Positions 1-10,434 of a DNA stretch of 57,212 nucleotides are shown here, one piece after another. The notes below the pieces were generated by a model. The model was given only the letters and a program-made list of their open reading frames with translations, did not search any database and had not been told where the DNA came from. The DNA is from an uncultured Gammaproteobacteria bacterium (GTDB lineage: Bacteria > Pseudomonadota > Gammaproteobacteria > GCA-001735895): contig CALCSG010000157.1 in the NCBI GenBank assembly GCA_937894085.1, forward strand, positions 1 through 57,212, written 5' to 3'. A program made the translations under genes and the position numbers. Each line of letters starts with the position of its first letter. The stretch's first letter is position 1.

Positions 1-732
1 CGCTAAAACCCTGTCAAGATGTTTTTCCTATAATTTACGCTGAATAGTTACTAATGTTCTAAGTTTATTTTGAGTTGCCATGGGTAAGTTACCGTCCAGG
101 TTCTGGAATTAATGTAAATATTGTCTTCTAAGCTGTGCGCTTTAATCCGCACAGGATTTTTGGATTTGATCAGTTTTGATATACAGAACAGGATGAGCTT
201 TTTCGATTAATGTAGATATAAAATTAATCTATGTTTATCGTAGTTCTGGTTAAAACGGGAATATATTCCCAACCTAGTCAAAAATCAACCGAATGAGACC
301 AAGTTCACACTTCTGCTCTTAATAAGCATTTGTTTATAAAATAATTCATTTTTAACGAGTTGCCCTTAATTAATAAAGGTATGAAAATATTGCAATTAAA
401 CCAGCTGTAAAAACTATATTATAGGCAGTGAACAGGAGATTTTCAGAGAAGCTGCGCCATTCAGCGGAAAAACAGAAGGATTTTTTTTAAGTCTCTTAAT
501 AAATAAAAGCTGAGAGTTATCCATTGTCGATCTGGATTGACTGTTGAACAGGTTAAATAGAGGTCCGTACATCTGCTATCTGCAGCAATTATGTTGATAG
601 AGTAAGTGTTACTGCGCCTCCTCTCAGGTCGCGGTCATTTTCTGGTCTACAGTTAATAAAATTATATTCAGTTCCTGGTGTTTTACTCCAGCTAGTAACC
701 AGAATTAATCAGAGAAAGTTTAAATAATCGAT

Positions 733-1410
733 TTACTCATTTGACATTGCTTTTATAAACGAATCTGCCTCTGCAATTGATTTGTTCATATCTTTAATCA
801 GGCTCTTTATATCTGTTTCTACAGACTGCCCCTGGGTCTTTAGTGAAGCAATGGCATTCGCATTAAGATTGTGTTTCAAAAAAAGCACCCTGTCATTAAA
901 AGCTGCGAGTACGGGGCCAATTTTTTTCTCGGCTGTCTTCATTGCGAGCATTAATTTTGAATAGGATTTTTGAGTGGTATTGAGTCGCTTCTGGCTTGCA
1001 CGGCGTAGCTCAGGACTGGAATATAGCTTGATTTCATCAGACCATTCCTTGAACAGTGCGTTTGCAACATCCTCTACAGAAACGATCTCATCGTGAACAG
1101 TTTCAGCCTGGGTTTTACTCTCTTCATATTCATCTTTGAGTAACCTGTACTGCTTCTCAAGATCACCACCTGAATAGTTAGTGACAGCAATAAATTTATC
1201 CAGTGCAGAACTAAACTGTTCCCTCGCTTCCTGCTGTGCTTCACGTGCATCATCGACGCGATTAACAAGAATATCGCGTTTTTCAACCCCGATCTTTTCC
1301 ATAGCGCCGTAATAAACAGTTTGGCAACCTGCCATTAATAACAAGGCAGCCAATAACAAGAATGCCTGAGCAGAATAACAGCTACGAGTATGAGTCATTA
1401 ATAATCCCAC
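733..1410 (-). CDS. DUF2959-family lipoprotein (coiled-coil)
   Basis: Lipobox LMAG-C followed by the family-typical YYGAMEKIGVEKRDILV.RV and FLKHNLNA.AI motifs; true start may be a few codons downstream. Confidence 0.8.
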   Translation of the reverse strand: MGLLMTHTRSCYSAQAFLLLAALLLMAGCQTVYYGAMEKIGVEKRDILVNRVDDAREAQQEAREQFSSALDKFIAVTNYSGGDLEKQYRLLKDEYEESKTQAETVHDEIVSVEDVANALFKEWSDEIKLYSSPELRRASQKRLNTTQKSYSKLMLAMKTAEKKIGPVLAAFNDRVLFLKHNLNANAIASLKTQGQSVETDIKSLIKDMNKSIAEADSFIKAMSNE

Positions 1411-1592
1411 GATAAGTATTTTATGATATGGCCGACATTTCCACGAGTTCGACCAGGCCTTTCATTTTTAGCAGAATAATATGACAGCTGTCTAAAAAGA
1501 TATCAATATTCTAATTGTAAAACTTTGTTAATGGTGATGCATAAACATGCTTTAAACTGAAGCTCCTGGTTATTAACTAAAATGTCACGCTC

Positions 1593-1982
1593 TTAATAAT
1601 AACCGGATTGTTCAGTACTGAAAGCATTCTGTATCCATTCGAATGAAAGTTTTCTTAAACTATCTTCCGGTGTAATGAACAGGGCATCGAAACGATAGTT
1701 ATGCTGTTGAAACTTTTTCTGGCTGGTTATGAAAGTCAGGGCTGCTTTTGTGATCTTTTGTTGTTTGGAAACAGGAATGCTGTAAGCGGTTCCGCCAAAA
1801 GCATTGTTTTTACGGTATTTAACTTCGATAAAACACAAGGTGTTTTTATCTAACATAATCAGGTCGATTTCGCCTGACCGGCAATGATAGTTTTGCTGTA
1901 CAGGTTTTAGCCCTTTCTGTTGCAGCCAGCCTGAAGCCTGCTGTTCAAAGTACAATCCCTTGTCTTTCCTTGATTCCCACAC
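1593..1982 (-). CDS. yraN: YraN/UPF0102 predicted endonuclease
   Basis: G..FE..A...L, N(Y/F)..R.GEIDLIM, FIEVKYR and YRFD motifs; adjacent to lpoA/rsmI. Confidence 0.92.
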   Translation of the reverse strand: MWESRKDKGLYFEQQASGWLQQKGLKPVQQNYHCRSGEIDLIMLDKNTLCFIEVKYRKNNAFGGTAYSIPVSKQQKITKAALTFITSQKKFQQHNYRFDALFITPEDSLRKLSFEWIQNAFSTEQSGYY

Positions 1983-1996
1983 AGCACTAGCTATTT

Positions 1997-3922
1997 TTAA
2001 TCAACGGTTTCAACACTCTGTTTTAAAACTTCTGCACGACCTTTTAAATAGGTGGCGAGAATCAGTTCGCGATGTACCCGACCGTTCTTATCGACAGAAA
2101 TGGTACCGCTATTAAGGGCTACTTTTTCTTCCGGGGTTATCATCAGTCGTCGTAAAGAGGGAATTAAATTATAAGCATCTATACCCAGTGCAAAAAAGCG
2201 GGCGTAACGGTCATTTTGTTTTGGCCATAATTTATTTATAGCTGCAAAGTCTGGGTTGGTGGTATTAGTCAATGCCCAGGGGGTATCCACAAACAGTATT
2301 TCATCGAGGTCTCTATCAGCATCCGGGTCACTGTTGCTGGAAGAGATACTCGACGTTGAATAAACCGGTAAGTCTTTGGCATGGTGGAATTTTAACTGCG
2401 GTTTAATCAGGCGTGCCTGGCGGGGATTACCGGCAATAAAAATCATATCGACATCCTGCCTCCTGCGCGGAATAAATTCCGATTTTTCACCGGTTACCTG
2501 GTCCAGTATTGAATGCCGGCGATCACTGCTATTGAGATTTAATAATTGCTTGATGGATGCAGAGTAATCATTTTTCCGGGATGGGTATCTTGCGCTGTCA
2601 ACAACCTGTCCGCCAAGTGCTTCAAAACGTTTCGTAAAAGCCTGGTTTAATCGCTCACCCAGATTGCTGTCCGGGGTCAGAGTTACCGCATGATACTGAC
2701 TATTGATCAGGGCATAGTCGGCAATCTGCTCCGCTTCGTCTTCCGGTCTGAGGCCAAACTGGTACAGGTTGTTAATGCCAATGTTTTCATCGTCGGCATA
2801 ATTAAGCGTCAGAGTGGGTACTTTTAAAGATTCATTGAGCTGTAGTTCACTGACCAGTTTTTTATCTAATGGACCTACTATAAAATCGGCACCATTTTGT
2901 ATGGCCTGGTTATATTGCATATAGAACTGCTGGGGGTCGCTACTGACATTAACGATCTCCAGCATGGGCTTCTCTTCAGGATCCTTGTAATAAGCGTACA
3001 GGAATCCATTTTGTATGGCTTCAGCTACATTTTTTAATTTATCAGAGAGCGGAAGTAATAGCGCGATTCGAGTCGGATTTATATAAATCAACTTACTCTC
3101 TGAGACCAGCTGTTCGGCGAAACTGACAGATGCTTCATGGTCCTTGTAGATTTCATGCCACTTTTTGATCCAGGGTTCTATTTTTGCTGGTAGCATGTTC
3201 GAGCGGCGGGCTATTAAATTTAATTCCAGCCAGCCTCTGAGAGGAATCGTCTGCTGTTGAGACAGTGCTTTGATGATATTCGGTTCAGATATACGGCTTA
3301 AAGCATCCCAGATAAAATTATGATTTTCCAGTGTTTCAGCTTCGGTTTTCAGGTATTGACCGATTTGTATGCGTAGCTCCGCAGACTCCAGTGGCTTGCC
3401 GATGGCAAGTACGCCTTTTGAACGAATATTTAAAGCCAGCGCCTTGTAACCAGGGTCAGTAATACTTTCCAGATCGGGCAGGTTAGCCAGGCTTTGATAA
3501 GTTTTGCCATTCTCGAAATAAAGTCCGGCCAGCAGGGTGTTTTTATGACTGAATTCACTTTCCAGTAGATCGTCTTCCTTTAATGTATCGTAAAAAGTTT
3601 GCAGCGCATCATATTGTTGGTTTTTATACATCATGAGAGCGACTTTTTGTAAATAGAAAGAGTGATCGGGTTGAGCAGAGTTGTCAGCCAGGTATTGATA
3701 CATGCTGGCAGCTTTTTCCCAGTCAAACTCCTGTTCATAATTAAAAGCAATAATTTTGGACTCTGCAGTCACCTGTCCTGATGGCTGTGTTTTTAGCAGG
3801 GAGCTGGTGGACTGGCATGAAGTGACCAATATAGCGCTGGCTATAATGAAGCTTAATTTTATCAGCGTTAATGTAAGTAGTTTGTGCATGGCCGTAGATA
3901 AGTTGATTGCAGACTGAGTCAA
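1997..3922 (-). CDS. lpoA: Penicillin-binding protein activator LpoA (LppC family lipoprotein)
   Basis: Lipobox LVTS-C; IALLLPLS, IVGPLDK, FGLRPEDEA and RFFALGIDAY motifs; divergent from rsmI. Start possibly at the MHK codon. Confidence 0.9.
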   Translation of the reverse strand: MTQSAINLSTAMHKLLTLTLIKLSFIIASAILVTSCQSTSSLLKTQPSGQVTAESKIIAFNYEQEFDWEKAASMYQYLADNSAQPDHSFYLQKVALMMYKNQQYDALQTFYDTLKEDDLLESEFSHKNTLLAGLYFENGKTYQSLANLPDLESITDPGYKALALNIRSKGVLAIGKPLESAELRIQIGQYLKTEAETLENHNFIWDALSRISEPNIIKALSQQQTIPLRGWLELNLIARRSNMLPAKIEPWIKKWHEIYKDHEASVSFAEQLVSESKLIYINPTRIALLLPLSDKLKNVAEAIQNGFLYAYYKDPEEKPMLEIVNVSSDPQQFYMQYNQAIQNGADFIVGPLDKKLVSELQLNESLKVPTLTLNYADDENIGINNLYQFGLRPEDEAEQIADYALINSQYHAVTLTPDSNLGERLNQAFTKRFEALGGQVVDSARYPSRKNDYSASIKQLLNLNSSDRRHSILDQVTGEKSEFIPRRRQDVDMIFIAGNPRQARLIKPQLKFHHAKDLPVYSTSSISSSNSDPDADRDLDEILFVDTPWALTNTTNPDFAAINKLWPKQNDRYARFFALGIDAYNLIPSLRRLMITPEEKVALNSGTISVDKNGRVHRELILATYLKGRAEVLKQSVETVD

Positions 3923-3962
3923 TGAGTCTGTTAGAATAAGTGATTAGTTTACATGGTTAAAG

Positions 3963-4820
3963 ATGAAAATGTCAGGCGTACTTTATATCGTAGCAACACC
4001 GATCGGCAATCTGGATGATATTACGTTAAGAGCAATCGAGATTTTACGTACGGTCGATCTGGTGGCAGCCGAAGACACACGACATAGCCAGCATTTGTTG
4101 TCTCACCTGGGGGTCAGCAAAAAGATGCTATCTCTGCATGAACACAATGAACGTGATCGAATACAGCAGATTTTAAATTATCTTGAGGCTGGTCAGCAAA
4201 TTGCTCTGGTGTCGGATGCGGGTACGCCGCTGATTTCAGATCCGGGTTTTCCGTTGGTAAGAGCAACTATAGAAGCAGGGTTCAGGGTGATTCCCATACC
4301 CGGCGTTAGCAGTATTATCACTGCGTTGAGTGCAGCGGGTTTACCCACGGATAAGTTTAGTTTTCATGGGTTTCTCCCGCATAAAAATGCAGAAAGAGTA
4401 AAGCGGCTGGAAAGTTTAAAAAATAGTGATGGCACCCATGTATTACTGGAATCTACCCATCGTATAGAGCGACTGTTGCAGCAAATTATGCAGGTCATGC
4501 CGGAGTCTCAGGTGGTGCTGGCTAAAGAATTGACTAAACGGCATGAAACCTTTATTCGCGGTTCTGCAGAGCAGTGTCTTCAAGTATTCGAACAGGATGC
4601 TTTGTTGAAAAAAGGGGAGTTTGTCGTGCTGATCTATCAGCTTATTGCCGATAAAGATGACTCTGTGGATCTGGATGCTGAAAAAATGTTAGCGTTACTG
4701 ATGCAAGAAATGCCGCTAAAAAAAGCGGTAAAGTTAGCAGTTAGTCTCAGTGGATTGAAAAAAAATGAGCTGTATAAAATGGCTTTAGTACTATCCGGAA
4801 ATCAGCATAAAGAGGATTAA
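3963..4820 (+). CDS. rsmI: 16S rRNA (cytidine1402-2'-O)-methyltransferase
   Basis: LYIVATPIGNL.DIT.RA, AAEDTR and VSDAGTPLISDPG motifs. Confidence 0.96.
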   Translation: MKMSGVLYIVATPIGNLDDITLRAIEILRTVDLVAAEDTRHSQHLLSHLGVSKKMLSLHEHNERDRIQQILNYLEAGQQIALVSDAGTPLISDPGFPLVRATIEAGFRVIPIPGVSSIITALSAAGLPTDKFSFHGFLPHKNAERVKRLESLKNSDGTHVLLESTHRIERLLQQIMQVMPESQVVLAKELTKRHETFIRGSAEQCLQVFEQDALLKKGEFVVLIYQLIADKDDSVDLDAEKMLALLMQEMPLKKAVKLAVSLSGLKKNELYKMALVLSGNQHKED

Positions 4821-4872
4821 CAAAGAGAAAAGTACTTATTGTCGGGAAACTATATAAGGTATTATACGATTC

Positions 4873-5215
4873 AAGTCAGCCAGATAATCGCTGGTACCTT
4901 CGGGTACTGGAGGAAAGTCCGGGCTCCACAGGGCAGAGTGCCAGTTAACGGCTGGGAGGCGTGAGCCTACGGAAAGTGCCGCAGAAAATATACCGCCAGA
5001 TAGCTTGCTGTCTGGTAAGGGTGAAATGGTGCGGTAAGAGCGCACCGCGCTACTGGTAACAGTAGTGGCAGGGTAAACCCCACTCGGAGCAAGACCAAAT
5101 AGGAGAGCAATGGTGCTGCCCGCACTGCTTTCGGGTTGGTTGCTTGAGAATTGCTGGTGACAGCAGTTCCAGATGAATGATTATCCACGACAGAACCCGG
5201 CTTACAGGCTGACTT
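4873..5215 (+). ncRNA. rnpB: RNase P RNA, class A
   Basis: P1 ends AAGTCAGCC...GGCTGACTT; conserved GAGGAAAGTCCGGGC, AAGTGCCGCAGAAA, GGGTGAAA..GTGCGGTAAGAGCGCACC, GGTAAACCCC, GAGCAAG and ACAGAACCCGGCTTA; typical rsmI-rnpB-mraZ position. Confidence 0.97.
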
Positions 5216-5230
5216 ACTTAATTATTTGAT

Positions 5231-5269
5231 TTATCTGTCCCCTTATTGTTTTTTTAAGGGGATGGGTAA
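5231..5269 (+). terminator. Hairpin downstream of rnpB, likely terminator
   Basis: TTATCTGTCCCCTTA / TAAGGGGATGGGTAA stem with G-U pairs; no strong U-tract. Confidence 0.45.
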
Positions 5270-5453
5270 AATAACTCTTCTCGCAATATCCTTCCCCTGT
5301 AAATATCTCTCAAAATCAGCCTCTCTTAATATTCTACTTTAACTATGTTTCGTTAACATTTGTTTTTAATAGACATTAACCGTTTATCACAAGAATCTTT
5401 GCTAAGTCATTGTTGTTATTAAAGAAATTCCATTCCTGAACCCCTATTTTTAC

Positions 5454-5481
5454 TTGACATGTGGCAAATCTGAGCGATACT
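5454..5481 (+). promoter_or_regulatory. Sigma70-type Pmra promoter of the dcw cluster
   Basis: Perfect TTGACA (5454-5459), 16-bp spacer, GATACT (5476-5481). Confidence 0.65.
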
Positions 5482-5516
5482 GTGTGTATTGGTGGGAAAT
5501 TGTGTCATAAAGTGGC
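5482..5516 (+). promoter_or_regulatory. MraZ-binding GTG(G) direct repeats
   Basis: GTGTG 5482, GTGGG 5492, GTGTC 5502 and GTGGC 5512 at exact 10-bp period, directly upstream of mraZ. Confidence 0.75.
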
Positions 5517-5534
5517 TTATAAAGGGCGGAGTGA

Positions 5535-5987
5535 GTGCTTAAATTCAGAGGGGCTTCAAATTTATCGTTAGATGCGAAAGGCAGGATAGTTTTACCTGCC
5601 CGTTATCGTGAGCGTCTGGCTGAAATTTGTGATAGTCAACTGGTAGTCACTATTGATACAGATGAATCCTGCCTGTTGATCTATCCGCTAAATGAGTGGG
5701 AGGTCGTCGAAGAAAAAATTAATGCCTTACCCGGTCTGAATAAAAGAGTGAAGCTTATCAAGCGCAAGCTGGTTGGCTATGCCACCGATATTGAAGTCAA
5801 TGATAGTGGCAGATTACTGCTTTCTGCGCCCCTGAGGGCTTATGCCAAGCTGGATAAAAAAGTTGTTTTAATCGGGCAGGGTAATAAATTCGAACTGTGG
5901 GATGAAGCTCTGTGGGAAAAGCATTGCATGGAAGAGATTGATGAAGATGAAGAGACTCCTGTCGCTTTAGCGGAGCTGTCAATATGA
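5535..5987 (+). CDS. mraZ: Division/cell wall cluster transcriptional repressor MraZ
   Basis: FRG...LSLDAKGRIVLPARYR and second repeat DSGRLLL...LR. Confidence 0.96.
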   Translation: MLKFRGASNLSLDAKGRIVLPARYRERLAEICDSQLVVTIDTDESCLLIYPLNEWEVVEEKINALPGLNKRVKLIKRKLVGYATDIEVNDSGRLLLSAPLRAYAKLDKKVVLIGQGNKFELWDEALWEKHCMEEIDEDEETPVALAELSI

Positions 5988-6928
5988 GTGGGCAGACTTT
6001 CTCACATCAACCCGTGTTGTTTCAACAGGTACTCCATTTGATGAATATCAAACCGGATGGTCTCTATGTTGACGGGACTTTTGGTCGAGGTGGTCATTCT
6101 GCAGCTATTCTTGCTCAGCTCAATGAAAAGGGCAGGCTGGTGGTAATGGATAAAGATCCTCAAGCCATTGATTCTGCCAGGCAACAGTATTCAGATGACG
6201 CTCGCGTCACTATTATTCATGATGATTATGCCCAAATGGCCCTGCGTGTCGAGCAACTGGGTCTGAAACAGTCGGTGGATGGCGTTCTGCTTGATCTGGG
6301 CGTTTCTTCTCCTCAGCTGGATGATGCGCAAAGAGGGTTCAGTTTTCAGCAAAATGGTCCACTGGATATGCGTATGAATCCGACTCAGGGCATGTCTGCA
6401 TCAGAGTGGATAATGACTGCTAAAGAAAAAGAAATTGCAGATGTCCTGTGGCAATTAGGTGAAGAACGTTTTTCCAGGCGTATCGCTAAAAAAATTATTG
6501 AGTTTCGTCAGCAACAGGTTATTACAGATACTGCAACTTTAGTGGGAATAATTATTGAGTGTGTTCCTGCGCATAAAGAGAAAAAGCATCCTGCTACACG
6601 TAGCTTTCAGGCTATTCGTATGCACGTAAATCAGGAGCTGGATCATATTCATCAGGTACTCGACGGTATTTTTGATGTGTTAACGGTTGGCGGGAGACTA
6701 CTGGTGATCAGTTTCCATTCACTGGAAGATCGCCTGGTAAAACGGTTTATTAAGAAGCACTCCACAGCTCCTGTTTTGCCTAAAGGGTTGCCGGTTCGTG
6801 ATTGTGATTTAAATCTTACGGTCCGCTTCAAAAGTATTGGTAAAGCTGTTAAGGCAACTGCTGATGAAATTCAGCAGAATTCGCGCTCACGCAGCGCAAT
6901 TTTAAGAATTGCCGAGCGAGTTTACTGA
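5984..6928 (+). CDS. rsmH: 16S rRNA (cytosine1402-N4)-methyltransferase
   Basis: HQPVL, DGTFGRGGHS, LDLGVSSPQLD and ISFHSLEDR motifs. Confidence 0.97.
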   Translation: MSGQTFSHQPVLFQQVLHLMNIKPDGLYVDGTFGRGGHSAAILAQLNEKGRLVVMDKDPQAIDSARQQYSDDARVTIIHDDYAQMALRVEQLGLKQSVDGVLLDLGVSSPQLDDAQRGFSFQQNGPLDMRMNPTQGMSASEWIMTAKEKEIADVLWQLGEERFSRRIAKKIIEFRQQQVITDTATLVGIIIECVPAHKEKKHPATRSFQAIRMHVNQELDHIHQVLDGIFDVLTVGGRLLVISFHSLEDRLVKRFIKKHSTAPVLPKGLPVRDCDLNLTVRFKSIGKAVKATADEIQQNSRSRSAILRIAERVY

Positions 6929-7200
6929 TGTCCCGACTGTACTGGTTGCTGCTGCTGGTTATTCTGGTAACTGGCAGCTCGATGGCTGTTATTTATGTAA
7001 AACATGAAAGCCGTGTTTTATTTACTGAATTAAGATTAAAGCAAAAAATACAGGATGAGCAGCTTATTCAATGGAGTCGGCTGCAAATTCAAAAAAGTAC
7101 GTTAATAACCCAGGCTAATGTTGAGTCTATAGCCCGTAAAAGGCTGGATATGATATTACCTGATCATGTGCAAATAGTGACTTTGATCGATCATGAGTGA
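6928..7200 (+). CDS. ftsL: Cell division protein FtsL
   Basis: Single TM followed by coiled coil, W.RLQ and A...L.M motifs; lies between rsmH and ftsI. Confidence 0.9.
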   Translation: MSRLYWLLLLVILVTGSSMAVIYVKHESRVLFTELRLKQKIQDEQLIQWSRLQIQKSTLITQANVESIARKRLDMILPDHVQIVTLIDHE

Positions 7201-8905
7201 TAATTCTTCAACATCTTTTTTTGCAGGCAGACATTATTTTGTGCTGGCTGTGCTGATGTTATTGTTTTCGTCGCTGGTATTCAGGTCGGCCTGGTTACAG
7301 GTCTATAACCAGGATTTCCTGCTGGATGAAGGTAGTCAGCGCCAGCTAAGAACGATTCAGACCCCGGCTTATAGAGGAACTATTATGGATCGTTTCGGTA
7401 CGCCATTAGCGATAAGTACACCGGTTGATTCGGTGTGGGTTAATCCGCAGCAAATATTATTAGATCAGCCAGGTTTAAAAAAGGTAACACAGTTACTGGG
7501 CATTAATTTTAAGCAAACCCTAAATAAGCTCAAGCAACGTGCTAACAGGGAATTTGTTTTTATCAAACGCAGGGTAGAGCCTGAGCTGGCACAAAAAGCG
7601 GTAGAAGGTGTCAAAGGTGTGCACTTACAAAGAGAATATAACCGTTTTTATCCTGCGGGTGAAGTTGTCTCGCATGTACTGGGTTTTACTGATATTGATA
7701 ATATTGGTCGTGAAGGGATGGAACGTGTTTATCAGGACTGGTTAAAAGCTAAATCGGGACAACGTACCATCTTGCGTAATCGAAAAGGCGAAGTGGTAGA
7801 GAATATATCTCAGGTTGTAGCTGCTCGTCCGGGTAAAGATTTACAGACCAGTATTGATATGCGCCTGCAATATATTGCTTACCGCAGTTTGAGCAAAGCC
7901 ATAAAACACCATGATGCTAAATCGGGTAGTGCTGTGTTACTGGATGCCCGTTCAGGTGAAATTCTGGCCATCGCCAATTGGCCTTCTTATAATCCAAATC
8001 AACACAAAAATAAATCGGCATCGGCTCGACGAAATCGTGCTATTACCGATGTGTTCGAACCTGGTTCGACAATCAAGCCATTTACCCTGGCAGCGGCACT
8101 TGACAGGAATTTATATAACTCGAAAAGTCGTATTAATACGGCTCCGGGTTACATGAAAATAACAGGTTATCCCATTCGGGATTTTCGTAATTATGGGGTG
8201 CTTGATCTTGCAGGTATTTTACGTAAGTCGAGTAATGTTGGAGCTTCCAAGGTAGCTATGTCCATGAAGTCCGAAGAGCTTTGGCGGGCTTTTACCGATT
8301 ATGGTTTTGGAGAGCCAACGGGTGTTAGTTTCCCTGCTTCATCGTCAGGATATTTTAGTGACTTTCACGACTGGCAACCACTGGATCATGCCACTATGGC
8401 TTTTGGTTATGGGCTATCGGTTTCTACATTGCAGTTAGCCAGGGCTTATTCAATCTTTGCCAACGAAGGGAAGCTACGACCTGTAAGTTTACTGAAACTG
8501 GATGAGCCTCAGGCTGCTCCCCAGGTGATGAAGCGGTCTACAGCTAATATGGTTTTGAAAATGCTGGAGCAGGTAGTAGGTCCGGATGGAACAGCGCAAC
8601 AGGCGGCAATCAGCGGGTATAGAGTGGCAGGGAAAACCGGAACCGCTAAGAAAAATGCAGTTGGTGGTTATCTTGAAGATACCTATACATCGGTATTCGC
8701 TGGTGTTGTACCGGTTAGTAATCCTCGCCTGGTGATGGCGGTGATGATAGATGAGCCAAAAGTGAATGGATATTATGGCGGAGTGGTGGCAGCGCCGGTT
8801 TTTAAAGAAGTTTTAAGTCATGCACTCAGGTTAATGAATATTTCTCCTGATGATCTTGCTGCTACCCGGCAACTTGCTAAAACTGCTGGACGGGAGCTTC
8901 TATGA
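7193..8905 (+). CDS. ftsI: Peptidoglycan D,D-transpeptidase FtsI (PBP3)
   Basis: RGTIMDR, EPGSTIK (SxxK), KSSN (SxN) and GKTGTA motifs. Confidence 0.96.
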   Translation: MSDNSSTSFFAGRHYFVLAVLMLLFSSLVFRSAWLQVYNQDFLLDEGSQRQLRTIQTPAYRGTIMDRFGTPLAISTPVDSVWVNPQQILLDQPGLKKVTQLLGINFKQTLNKLKQRANREFVFIKRRVEPELAQKAVEGVKGVHLQREYNRFYPAGEVVSHVLGFTDIDNIGREGMERVYQDWLKAKSGQRTILRNRKGEVVENISQVVAARPGKDLQTSIDMRLQYIAYRSLSKAIKHHDAKSGSAVLLDARSGEILAIANWPSYNPNQHKNKSASARRNRAITDVFEPGSTIKPFTLAAALDRNLYNSKSRINTAPGYMKITGYPIRDFRNYGVLDLAGILRKSSNVGASKVAMSMKSEELWRAFTDYGFGEPTGVSFPASSSGYFSDFHDWQPLDHATMAFGYGLSVSTLQLARAYSIFANEGKLRPVSLLKLDEPQAAPQVMKRSTANMVLKMLEQVVGPDGTAQQAAISGYRVAGKTGTAKKNAVGGYLEDTYTSVFAGVVPVSNPRLVMAVMIDEPKVNGYYGGVVAAPVFKEVLSHALRLMNISPDDLAATRQLAKTAGRELL

Positions 8906-10434
8906 TGACTTCAATCAGCCGTCAAACTGAAATCACCCTGGATACTCTGCTGCAGGGATATGTTGATGATCAGTATCTTTTGAACCTGGAAATAACGGGT
9001 TTAACCAGTAATAGCAAAGAAGTTAAAAAAGGAAATTTATTTGTAGCACATGCCGGGTTAACAAGGCATGCAATTGATTTTGTCAGTGATGCTATCGATG
9101 CAGGCGCGGTGGCTATCATTTATGATGCGTATGATAGCTATAACTTGCAGCGTATACCGCTTTTAGAGAAGCAACATGCTGTCAGTTTTATTCCGGTAAA
9201 AGATTTACAGAAAAAAACCGGTAACATTGCGAGCCGTTTTTATGCCTATCCAAGTCGCCACTTTAAATTGATCGGGGTGACAGGCACAGATGGTAAAACC
9301 AGCGTTACTCATTTGCTGGTTCAGGCTTTTAACCGACTTAATAAAAAGGCTGGAAGTGTAGGGACTCTGGGTTATGGATTATCTAATAATAAATTGAAGA
9401 TGACCCATTTTACAACGCCGGAAGCTATTACATTGCAGTCGATTCTTTTTGAGTTGTCGTTAGCTGACTGTGAGTATGTTGTTATGGAGGTATCGTCCCA
9501 TGCACTGGAACAATACCGTGAAGCCGGTTGTGAATTTGATATTGCTGTGCTCACCAATTTAGGCAGTGATCATCTCGATTATCATATAGATCTGGATCAT
9601 TATAAAGCGGCAAAAGCTCGACTGTTTGAGAGGCAGGGGTTAACAGGTAAAGTATTGAACCTGGATGATGAGTTCGGTCGCCAGTTAATCAGTAGTAATA
9701 AAGGTGACAATGTCATTGGGTATAGTGTCAATGATACTAATAATCAAGCTATCCCGCTTGTTACTCTGGTATCCAGCACAATGGCTACAAAGGGGTTGCA
9801 GTTATGCGTTTCAACTCCTGAAGGTTTAATACAAATTGAAACGGGTTTGATTGGTGATTTTAATATCAATAATTTATTGTGCTGTATATCCGTTTTGTTT
9901 CAACTGGGTTATCGACCTGAACAGATCGAACAGGGTATGCAGGGATTGCAACCGATTCCCGGACGTATGGAGTTTTTCCCTTCAATTAATGAAAAGCCAG
10001 CGGTAGTCATTGATTTTGCCCACACCGAGCAGGCTTTGTCGGCTTGCCTGACTTCGCTTAAAAATTATTGTGAAGGCAGGATGGTTTGTATCTTTGGTTG
10101 TGGTGGAGATAGAGATCAGAGCAAGCGCCCTAAAATGGCGGCTGTGGCTGAACAACTGGCAGATCAGGTTATCGTCACCGATGATAATCCAAGAAATGAA
10201 TCCGCAGAAAAGATTATGCGCGAAATTTTAAGCGGTTTTAACAATCCGCAGGGTGTTCGAGTGATTCATGATCGCGAAGTTGCTATTGAAACAGCCATGT
10301 CTGGCGCCAGTGCCAAAGATTTGGTGGTGATTGCAGGAAAAGGTCATGAGCAGTTTCAAATTATCGGTAATAAACGGCTACCTTTCAGTGATCATTATGT
10401 GGTGAAACAGATACGTAAAAGGGAGGCTGTATGA
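8902..10434 (+). CDS. murE: UDP-MurNAc-dipeptide meso-DAP ligase
   Basis: GVTGTDGKTS, MEVSSH, DHLDYH, FGCGGDRD and DNPR (DAP specificity) motifs. Confidence 0.96.
   Translation: MMTSISRQTEITLDTLLQGYVDDQYLLNLEITGLTSNSKEVKKGNLFVAHAGLTRHAIDFVSDAIDAGAVAIIYDAYDSYNLQRIPLLEKQHAVSFIPVKDLQKKTGNIASRFYAYPSRHFKLIGVTGTDGKTSVTHLLVQAFNRLNKKAGSVGTLGYGLSNNKLKMTHFTTPEAITLQSILFELSLADCEYVVMEVSSHALEQYREAGCEFDIAVLTNLGSDHLDYHIDLDHYKAAKARLFERQGLTGKVLNLDDEFGRQLISSNKGDNVIGYSVNDTNNQAIPLVTLVSSTMATKGLQLCVSTPEGLIQIETGLIGDFNINNLLCCISVLFQLGYRPEQIEQGMQGLQPIPGRMEFFPSINEKPAVVIDFAHTEQALSACLTSLKNYCEGRMVCIFGCGGDRDQSKRPKMAAVAEQLADQVIVTDDNPRNESAEKIMREILSGFNNPQGVRVIHDREVAIETAMSGASAKDLVVIAGKGHEQFQIIGNKRLPFSDHYVVKQIRKREAV

Noticed and set aside
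52-732. Gene or ncRNA in the AT-rich leading spacer
   Set aside because: No ORF of 60 aa or more and only short hairpins (e.g. CTGTGCG/CGCACAG at 133-154)
4836-5188. Minus-strand ORFs 4836-5045 and 4967-5188
   Set aside because: Antisense shadows of the RNase P RNA gene
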